64,000 bases of DNA from positions 12,868,948-12,932,947 of the forward strand of contig NC_092673.1 of assembly GCF_964355755.1 (NCBI RefSeq), written 5' to 3'. The position numbers and the translations under genes are program-made. The notes beneath the pieces were generated by a model that saw only the letters and a list, made by a program, of their open reading frames with translations, had not been told where the DNA came from and made no database searches. This stretch comes from Antedon mediterranea (taxonomy: Eukaryota; Animalia; Echinodermata). Positions within the stretch are counted from its first letter, which is position 1, and the number at the start of each line of letters is the position of its first letter. Positions 37,101 through 49,100 of this stretch are shown here, in pieces.

Positions 37101-40100
37101 GTGGGCTCTAGCAGTCAATTCAAATGTTACTGCAGTGTCAGCGATGTCATCGGCTATCAATCAAAACCATTATTTTGCGTGCTAAAAGTTGCATAGCAAA
37201 ACCAGGTTTAATGTCATTCTAACATCGATTTAACCGGTTGAATATTTTTCTTGTTTCTGCTGGCAAGAAATTGGGGTTAATTTATTCACATATATATTAT
37301 ATATTACAGGACCACGCTAATTTTAAGGTAGTAAGTATGACAGATGAGATTAAACTTTTTATTCCCATAGAGAAACTCTTTTAGCAATATAAACTGTAAG
37401 AAAGGTAAAATAACATTTTGTGGAATGGTATAAAAAGATCTTTAAAGATAATTTAAATATTACACAATTATATTATGTCAAATCAATAAAAGTTAAACAT
37501 TTTAAGACAATTTTAAAAGGTGGAATTTTTGTCAAGTATGGATTACTGTAAATAGTTCTGTGATGCAAAGCTACTCCACATACAATTGTGCCTGATCATT
37601 TTTTTTTTTTCAAATCCAACCCTAGCCACATAAAGAAAAAAATCAAATGGTTATTTCAATTTACTGCAGTTCACAAAGCTTTTAGGTTCCGAGTAATAAT
37701 AACTGAAACAAAGTGTTCATTTAAAAAACAAACTATTTATGTGTATCAATACTGTGTATATTATATGTACTACATCAATCCATTTTCAGTTTATAATAAC
37801 TTTTTCTTTAAATCACTTGTAAGTACTTTACTACATTGAGTAATTAATAACTGAAAGAAAGTGTTAAAATTTTTTTTTTTAAATTTATGTGAAGGCCTAC
37901 TATTATACAGATATTGCCTGCTTAGAGGTAAAATATAAGATTTGAATATATTACTTTCCCGAAGCGCCAGCTGAGGGAAATATAATTCTCGAGAGCATAA
38001 TATTATTTCCCGAGGGATGTCAAATCTTATATTTTACCGAAATAAAAGGCGATATCTGTTATATTACATAGCCAACAACAAGTAGATTATGCAATTAATA
38101 AGCCTGCCTAGTTTGGCGTTGCCTTCACCTTACCTTACGAAGAATAATATACAGATAATTACTAATTAATGATTCCTTGGCAATAAAATATTCACTTAGG
38201 CCTAGGTCTTTTAAATTAACAGAAGAATTTCCATGAATAATTACATTAATAATAATATTATCAGGTAGGCGGAATAAATAATAATTCGTCTTCTTTATCT
38301 TCAGCACGCCGCGCGTACCAGGTCACTACTGTGAGTATCGAACAATCACAAACAGTCTTTCGTTGCATCTATAGAGGGCAAATAACAAAATGAGGGCACT
38401 ATGTATCCATAGTTTAAATAGTTTAGTTAAATTATTATCAAGCAAGTGGCGCGGTGTGTAGAACGTAGTCTCTTGATGATGTAGACTAATCTTCGCGAGC
38501 TTGAGTCCCAGTAGATGACTTTTGTTTATTTATCGCCAAATGCGAGTGTTGCCAAAATCAAACTCCTCGAGAATTTACTAGATTTTATATGTTTAATGAC
38601 AGGAACATAATAATCACGCGAAAATTACTCAGTCAATATCATCGTACTCGAGGAAATATACAATTTACGATCCTCAAAGCAGTATCAAAGCAGTTTCAAC
38701 CAATCACGTTCACATATTTACATAGGCTATGTAATATATCAATATATACCATATTAAGTTTATAACATGTACCATACATATGTAGCATATAATAATAGTA
38801 TGTGCTACATTTTATTAGGAGTTTTATGTTTATCCGATTGCAGTTTTAACTTTTAAATACCATACATATGTGGCACATAATAATAATAGTATGTGCTACA
38901 TTTTATTAGGAGTTTTATGTTTATCCGATTTCAGTTTTAACTTTTAAATACCATACATATGTGGCACATAATAATAATAGTATGTGCTAAATTTTATTAG
39001 GAGTTTTATGTCTATCCCATTTTAGAATTGGAAAGGGGATGTTCAGATATGTTCACAAAATAACACAATGGGCCGAATTAATGACAAGAAAAGTAAGTAG
39101 GCTATTTACTGAAATTAACTAAAGGTACCTATTGTACTAAGGCTGGAAAATGATTCAGACAAATGATGTAATGATATGAATGAATGGTGGAACACTGTAT
39201 GTAATTCTATGACCAGCAGTAAACATTTTGAGATTTCACCTAGTAGATGAAATGTACCAAAAGGTCATGTAATTGGAACTGTAATTTTAACCGACTTTAA
39301 AAAGCACATGCAAAAAAGGACCTACAAAAAAGTTTACATTTAAAAGTGAGAACTCCCTAAAATCATTGAAATTTGAGTGGTTGATTTTGGGAATTTTTGT
39401 ATCATTGAATGGAATATGTAATTCTATGGTAAACATTTTGAAATTTTAGTGTCATGTGATAGGAAAATTTTGTGTTGATTACCATAATCAAATATGTTTT
39501 AATATATGATTACTATCAAAAACAGTAGTGTATATAAAACAAATAATATACTGTAATTTAAAACAATAAAATTCATTAAATTATGTATTTTTGCATTCAA
39601 TCAATAAAACATATATTTTTTATAATATTTATTCAGATTAGTGCAAGATTATTTGGTATACTATATTACTATACTATAATATACTGTAACTTAAATAAAA
39701 TATAAAATTCATGATATCATTTTTTTGCAGGTTTGTGCCCAAACTTTTTTCAGTCTTCCCTTGAGAGAGATGAGCCTGTAGAACCTATTCAGAATGTTTC
39801 TATAAGTCATTACTCAGCAACATATACATATCCCGATGGAAGAGTTTATGAACATACAGTCACTGGTCTTAATATCTCATTTGATGTGGACCCAGCTGGT
39901 AAGACAATGCTAAATGTCAGTTTGATTTTCCACATAACAAAAATTTTATTTTGAAGAGAAAGTACAAAGTTTCTGCATATATACACAGTATATATATTTT
40001 GAAACGATAAGATGAGGAAAAGGCATTACAGGCACAGAATAAATTCTAAACCGCTCGGTGATATACTGAAATTTAATTAATTCATTTGAAATGATAAGAT

Positions 40101-43100
40101 GAGGAAATCTGTGAGAATGAGAAAAAGTCGCCCCAACAGAGACTTGAACCCAGAACCTTCTGCTTGATATGCAGATGTCCTAACCATTAGACCACTGGGG
40201 CTTTCATGGTATTGTTCAAACTCGATTGGATAGCGACTTTGGTTTTAAAATCTATATATTGTTTAAAGGTTTGCATGGCAAAATAAATTGATTTAGCCAT
40301 GCAAACCTTCAAAAAAACTCAACATAGTGGTATATCGCAAACTATATATCAACATTCCAAAATATAGTTATGATATTTGTCATGAAATAATTTCATGTTT
40401 CAGAAATGTAATACTTTGTATCCATTTTTTAAGGGTTAGGGCTTTATACTGGAGCAATTATTGAGATAATTGGCGTGAAGCATCAAGCATTCCATTTTGA
40501 TAAACTTGGATGCTTCTACCTTAACTTTCATGGTACTTTGAACAATTCAACTTTAATGTTGTCAATGAATAAAACAGTAAGTATGTAGAGATCAAGAATA
40601 AAATTGTTTTTTTAAAAATTTTGAAGGCATAAAGATGTGATAATATATAGAGTACAAATTTGTTAATGTATAGTGTTTACATTTAATTAAGGTTTTTGAA
40701 TTCTATGTCGATGTTATTTAATTATTGTTGATATAAAGTTACACCACGTGTATTAGTTCTGAAAAGAACTGTTGAGATAGCTGGCTCAACAGTTCTTTTC
40801 AGAACTAATACACGTAGTGTATCGCAAACTTTATATCAACATTTGATTTCACCATGCAAACCTTCAAACAATTATATTATTTTAGAAACGAATGTTTTTT
40901 GACTGTGCAAGAAGTCTAGCTCCAGACAGTACTTACCAGATTACCATTAAGATGGCACCATTTACTTCCAAGCCAGCTATCTCCCGTTACACCATACCAA
41001 GTAAGTTATATAATAATAGCTACAAATGATGAAAAATCATTGAAATCTGAGTTGTTGATTCAGAATACTGAAAATATGTTGATGAATGATTTTTTGCATT
41101 GTCAAAGATTGTGGAGTTCTCTCTTGCTAGTCAAATTTGTAAAAAGTATCTTCTCTGTGATTCCGCATTTTCTTAAAATTCCTAATACTTGAATATTGGT
41201 ACGAAACTGTATGAATGGGTATATTCCCACCTTCTATTTTTTTTACCAATGTTGTACCAGACTCTGGGATTTTACATCTTGCAAAATTAAATTTTTTTTC
41301 AACATTTACTGTATCTTTCAGGTTGTTTCTACAGTCCTAATGACTTTTTTTGCAAAGTACCAGAAGAAGGTTTGTTATTCATGACACTTATCGTAATATA
41401 CCAATTAAATGAATATTCATGGGTTGGATGGTGAGAATATTATATTCGTATGTTGAAAAATTGACTGCACTATTTGATTTTAAATAGAGCAGTCAATTTT
41501 TCATCGAATGAAATATTTTTTTTCTCCATTCAACGAATACAAAACATTCATTATTTGTTTTAAATATTACACACTACTTTTATTCAATTTATTCTTTCAT
41601 AAATCATTGAAAAATTCTATGATATGTGAAGCTCCAGCTTAGGATTAGAACAGTAAGTTATAGATAGCGCAACAAGTTAATTTCCAAACGTGATCAGTCA
41701 ACAACGAAAAAAACTCTCAAAATGTTTACTGAAAGCTGAACATGCATTAGAGCTCATTAATTATCACCATTAGATATCACTTTCCGTTAGCTAAGCATGT
41801 GGTTGATAACCACTACATGATCCTGTGTATTGATATACATTTATCACAAATTAATTAATCTGTCAATTGAAGAACAATCCAATTAATAACAATGACCGTG
41901 GTGAGCAAAATGTCAACCATCGATAAATTAAATTAAATTATTGTCCAAAAGACAAAAAGTAACAAAAACAAAAATAGCAAGAGATAATTTAGAAAATGGA
42001 CCACCTCAATTCAGTTTTTAAATATGTGATTTGTGTAACTGGGTTTTTTGGTACAAACTATTTCATGAAAATTGAATTTTTTGGTAAAGATGTTTCATGC
42101 AAATACTGTAGGTTATACCCATTTGTTTTGCTTTTTGTTTAATTGTTTCTCATTAAGTGTGTGCTTTATGTTTTATGTTAAAGTATTCGATCATAACTAC
42201 CCAAAAATAAATCCTGCTATTTCAATAATTTGCACACATCACAGAACCAAATTCAATGTCATGTACTATAGTAACACTTTGACCTTAAATTAACCATTAA
42301 TCCATGAACTAACTAGTTCCCAAAATCTACATGGGAAGTTGGAAGTTCAATGAACTTCCTGCAAGTATCTATAAATCAATAAATCTTGCATTACTAAAGT
42401 CTTTACTTAATGGTACAGAATTTATCCAAATGAAATCCAGTATAGTAAATATTAAGTTGAGTTAGATAATTAGTTTTTGACGATTTAAACAAATACAGGT
42501 TAAACTAGTTGCCCTGAATATTGTACACCATGTCTATGATTGTCAATTGTGAAACATACCACACACATGAATTTGACCGGCAAATAACATGATTTGAATT
42601 GGTACATATGCAGAATACATCCAGAGTAAATCCAAATTTGTTTTCCTGGTCATTATAGACAGATGATAACAAATTTGTTTCTATTCTCAAGAGGCCTGTA
42701 TTAAAAACTGACACATGTCGCTGGTTGGTGTAAATGTATAGTCTGGTATCATTTTTTACTTAACCTGATTTTTTTCTAACAAAAATTGTAATCCATAATT
42801 TTTCAAACACAGAAATGGCCAGAGTTTGGACCCCGGAAACTTTTGAGGTTGATGTTTCAAGGGACAAGGAAGTTGTTCTGGTTTTTAACTTGGCACCTTT
42901 TGCTTTTAATCACTACAAGGTCTGGTTACAGGAAGCTAGGCTTGAGTATGGTAAACAGGTCAATCTGGGAAAGCAAGAACCCTGTGTGGATATTTATGTG
43001 GTATGTATAATACAGTAATTTAATATTTGAAAGTATCTCAAACCTTCAGGAAATGTCCCTGGCAGTTTCAATGAGCAATTGAAGATACCATCTGTTCACA

Positions 43101-46100
43101 TTCTTTTCCTAAACTATAGTACACAGGATGTCAAGAACTCAAGACCTGGAGGTTTCAATGATCTTGAAGAGAAGCCCATCTCAAAATCAACTTGATTGAA
43201 ACCACTGGGCTTCTTTTCAAGATAGAATGGGATTCTTTTCGAGATTTGAATATTTCAAAGAAACAAGGTGATATAATGCCAGATAACTTGTGATGCGGAG
43301 GTTTCAATGAGCAATTGAAGATGCCATCTGTTCACATTCTTTTCCTAAACTATAGTACAGGATGTCAAGAACCCAAGACCTGGAGGTTTCAATGAGCAAT
43401 TGAAGATGCCATCTGTTCACATTCTTTTCCTAAACTATAGTACAGGATGTCAAGAACCCAAGACCTGGAGGTTTCAATGAGCAATTGAAAATGCCATCTG
43501 TTTACAAAGTATTTGTTTTCCTACACTACTACAGGATGTCTCAAAATCTAAGACTTTGAAAGCTAAGACCTAAGACCTCATCTTAACACATAAAAATACT
43601 GTAATAACCCTTTCACACCAAAAGCAAAACTCTGGTGTTTTGGTGTGAACGATAAAATCAAACAACTTCGGAGTTCAAACACCATGGTTGAACAGCTGAA
43701 CTTCTCTGGAGAACGGACCGACCGGTGTGTTGATGTGAAAGATATCAATATCAAAAGTTTTTAGGTCAAAAGGTCATCCTCACACAATCCATAATTGCTT
43801 TAGTTTTATTTCAAAATACTTTAAATATTTGTACAAAATATATAGCAGGTCTAAAAAAAATTAATTATTTATAATAATAAAATTATTATTAAATAATGTT
43901 GATAATAAATAAAACATTATATGACTTTTGAAAATAATTATTAAATTAAAAATATTATCAATTAAAATGATTCTAATGACTGTCGCTATGTAAACAAATA
44001 AAATAGATGACGGTATTTACGATTTATTAAAAAAAAACCTGGTGTTGCAAGATTGGTGTGAATGGGGTATTTGAATTGTCACAGACCCTGGAGTGTCTCT
44101 GGAGATCACTGCAGAGTTTTGGTGTGAAAGTGGTATAAGATCTTGAAGAGAAGCCCATCTCAAAATCAACTTGATTGAAACCACTGGGCTTCTTTTCAAG
44201 ATAGAATGGGATTCTTTTCGAGATTTGAATATTTCAAAGAAACAAGGTGATATAATGCCAGATAACTTGTGATGCGGATATATGTACATTCATTTTACAT
44301 TTTTTAAGTGGCATTTTGATCATAAATATGTAAACTTGGCAAGTAATTTCTCTCATAATCCCATTATGGTAGTAACAATTCACAAAATGTACAGCATTCA
44401 TTTTTAAAAGAAGCCCCCCACTTTAGTTTGCAAAAGTGACCCAAAATAATCCAATCTCGAAAAGAGCCCAAAAGTGCTAAAAAGAGAATAATTAGCTTTA
44501 AAATATTTATGTTTACAAAGAAAACATTATTTAAACTATGAATGAATTAATTTAGACCTTATAAATTATAGGAACATTACAATAATTTTAAGATAGTGGT
44601 TGATGTATATTAAAAATTGTTGTTATTGAAAAAAAAAAATATTTATTATACATACTAGATGGTACGCTCGCGTACCATCTAGGTCGTGCCCACAGATGGT
44701 TCTCGAATACACAGTAATTTCAGCGTAACAAAACTGGCGATTTCAAATGTACGTACCGCAGGACTATAATACATTGTCGTTTACAGAAACGAATAAATAT
44801 ACACGATGATTTATGTAGTCAACTAAAATTAGCACCCTGGGAATTACTTCCGAAGGAGAAACTTATCACAAAATGAGTCCATTTAAAGAAACCCAATTTG
44901 TGTTTTGTATGTAACATTAGGGTTGAGGGATGGGAAAGCGGATAGGTACAAAGAGGAACATTTTTTAAATATTTTCTTTATCCACTCAGTAACGAAATAT
45001 TTTGTTCCTGTTTTATAGGCCTATAAGTAATATACCTCTAAATACAGTAAAACATTTGCGATTTAATACTTTGTTAAAACTGTCACTGTCATAATCGATT
45101 GAAATATTAAAGTAAATGTCACGATACACCACTACGACATTTATATTTAATATTGGTAATTATTAATTAATACAAACGTTGAGAAGGAACTGTCAGTATA
45201 AAGTTTATTTGTATATAATAATGTGTTTATATATCTAACAGTAGAGCCTAACCACAATCTCAGTAATAAAGTTTATTTGTATATATTTTTATATTACATC
45301 CAGTACGAACATTCACAGTAAGAAATGTTCGATTCAAATGAGGACCAAAAATAGTTAAAAGTATTGCAAGTTTATTCTCAAAGGGCCCATATATTTACCT
45401 ACCTTATGTGTTAAACCAAGGGCTCATAAATTTACCAACTTGTGTTAAACCAAACTCTGGGACGTTCCATTCATCTCAAATCAATACATTTGTATAATCG
45501 TATATTAAATCTATCAAAATAGTATTCTTTAAAGAAAATCGGCCTGTCTTCAACATTATGATGCTGTACTCTAGCTGTTCAACCGGTTTTCAGCTATTAA
45601 AAACAATTATTGTAGGAGGAGATAGGAAAATGCGAAGCCTCCTCGCATTTTTGTGGCGGGTATTTTTCAAGATGGACATCCATTAGACAGTGTATACCAC
45701 GATCGGAAAACACCCCTATTTGGGGCAAATCGTTGAACCTAAATTCGTTTTAATCGTCAATAACTAATTATCTAACTTAATTTAATTAGTAAACAGGGTT
45801 ACATCAGGTGGTTAAAATCAGTACCGAAAGTACAAAACAACTTTATATACCATCGAGTACAAATTCTAGAAGTAAGGCGCGATTTACCGAATTTTGCCCT
45901 TACGTAAATTTATATATAGATACAGAGATACAGTAAAACACAAAGCACAATACAGCGAAAAAAGAGGGATGAACAGCTGACAAACAACTATACCTTTATA
46001 AAAAGATAAAGACACAAACATTTAAAATATAAAATTACTGAAATGGTACTAAACTACTGTATAAAAATATTGTAAATATAATAATAGATACGTTTCATAT

Positions 46101-49100
46101 ATAGCACACATATGCCACAAGCCATCATTTACAACATTCCCACAAGCATACTCTGCAATTAATACCTACAACACGAACATTGGCAACGTGATACCGGAGT
46201 GCATGTTTCCTCAAGTTCATCAATTCAAATGTTGCCTAATGATACGTCATTAAGTAAACAACCTTTTCAATTAAAATCGTATCCAGCTTTTTGAACTATG
46301 GAATCAAATCTGCCACTAGCTTGGATAACTTAAAGATTGCGAAATTTATTTATACATCTGATAGAGATAGAAAACTATAAATCTTGTCTCAAAGCGTAGT
46401 TGGGTATGCCAGTGACAGCTGAGTAAAATCGGAAATAGAACCGTCAGAAGCGTCAAATAGCGAAACATTAAATTAGGGAACACATTGAAAACAATACCAA
46501 GAATCGTTAGCACGCTTTTTGTATGTCTGTGTGTCCATTTCAATACATCTGATGATACCAAGTATCGCACGAGTCACAATGTATACCACAGTGATTAGAT
46601 CTAACATATTATACAAGATCCACATGCGTCCTTGGGACCAGAGTTTCTTGTGATGTCGCCAGTTAGCACAATTTATAAGTAACAACATTGGCGATTGACT
46701 GTTGTGCATATTGATAAGACTGCAAAGTATATGAAAAATAAATAGTGTGGTAAAAAGTTTTATCAGTTTTTTAAATATTAGGTAATATAAAAAAAAATAT
46801 ATCCACCGCCGTATACCCATCAACCAAGTAGTTTTTTCACTTTCTAGGGAGTCACCAGATCTTTGATTAAACTACCTAACTACTGAAAAAGTTTGGATTT
46901 TATAGCAGATTTTTGCCAAATTTTGTATTTAACAATTTTAAGGGAAATTCCTGTTTTTTTTTGTCGTGATTTCACTTACACATATTTGATTTATGTGCAT
47001 TTAGCCAGATAAATTTTCAATTCATGCCTCTACCTTAGTATTGTACCCCAAAAATATGAAATTTGAAGATTATTAAAATCATATTTTGAAGAGGCAGATA
47101 ATAAACAGATAGGTTTGCATTTATAAAAATAAAAGTTTAAAGTTTAAAGTTATAAATTCAACCAAAAAGCCATTGGCTGGCAGCCAATTTCAATATATGT
47201 TGCTTTAACTTACAGTTTTTTCAGGTAAATAATTTGTTTTGCTTCAATTTTTGATCAAAGTGAATAACTATTATGTAACATCAAAATGGCATATTCAAAA
47301 ACAAAATGTGAACAAAATTTTTTTTGTTTTTTCAGGGGGACAATATTTTTTTAAATTATTTATTTATTTTTTTTTTTTTTTTCTAACAGGTTTGATATAC
47401 AAACAAAGTCAGGACTGTTTAAGGCTAAGAAGATGACAGTAATAATACAATTTCTGTGAATAAAATAATTCAATATTATCTAAATATAGTGTATCTACAA
47501 TAGTTGGAATCTATTACCCATTTCAAGGGGTACACTAATTACTACTTGATAGTGCTACATCAACAATGATAACACAACTTGTGTAATTTTAATATTTATA
47601 CAGTATCGTTTGACAAATAATAATGATCATTCAATTCTTACTGATGTAGAGAAAGTGCTAATAAAATTAGTTATTAGTGTGGTGGTATATAAAAATAGAT
47701 TTATTTATCGCATTTCCTTGTACAATCAATATACAAATTCCAGATAGGATTATCATAAGCCTAATATATATTAATTCCAAAGGTCAATTGTTTGAATTTT
47801 GTCAAATCTCCCCCTTGTCTTTAACCCTGAAAAACCTACAAATGTATTTACTGATAACACACTTCCTTGATATTATAGTAAAAAGTAAGTGCACTAAGAA
47901 AACTAATATACTTTATTTCACAAATTCAATGCATGTAAATAACATGGAGTATCAAAATATAAAATAGTAAAAGATTAATGTAAAATGGCAGACCACAATA
48001 CAACTTAAAGACGTCATCTTGATGGTGTATACAATCACATCCTAATGTATTAAACATGAAAAATGAAGTTTAATAAAATAAAAAACTAACAAATATAATG
48101 TTTTCTCTTATAAAAAGACAAAATAAATAGTTTAATTCAACAAAAAATCCAATAACAAAATATCTAGCCAAGTTGTTTTTTGCTTTAAATTACAGTTATT
48201 TTCAGGTAAATAATTGTTGTTTCTATCCAAACTTTGGTCAAAGTGAATTAGTGAACTGATATGGAGAAAACGGATACGTCACGCACACGTATTCGTTTTT
48301 CGTAAGCCAGTTAAAATCTGTTTCGCATGGCAACGAAATATTAAGGGCGCCGTCCAAAATATGACTGCGGTAAATTTTAGCAAAGGGCAGGTACGTGTTG
48401 TTTGGTGCTTAGCTGCCTAGGCCTAGCGTAACATCGAAGCGAGTGAGGACTTCAATAACTGCTATTTATCAAAGTTGACCTGGCATTTTAGTAAATTACT
48501 TTAGTAAATTACTTTCAATAAAAGTATAATTATGTTATAATCATGAATCATTCCCGATTCAAATGCAAAATGTGAAAAATAGATCAAAAACTAAACTCGT
48601 TTTGTAGTCACGAATATGAATGTTGATATTCGTCAACACGAATACGCTTTACGAATATGAAATGGGGATCAGCTCAAAAGTTTCACAATTGTGTGACATA
48701 TCCGTTTCCGTTATCGTATTCGTAAGGTTGCGAAACCTCCCTATTATGTGACTATTAAATTGCATATTCAACAAAACATTGAAAACAATTTTTTTGGGGG
48801 GGGGGGGGACAATATATCTTTAATATTTTTAAGTCTTTTTATTTTCGCAGTTTTGAATAATGATGTTATGATAATGTTTTTTCTTTTTTGATTACCAGTC
48901 TCTCACCAATAATGATAGTCGTAACTTGTCATCCAATGAAGTAATTTATTTCAATATTTATATTAGAAACTAATTTTTTTTTTTCCAGGAAAACAATACG
49001 GTCACAGATTTTTCCTACTGTTCACAACCACACAATGTAAGAGCAATGTTTTGTTTTTTCACTATTGGCTGTAGAAGCCCTCCTTCGGTACAACCCTATT

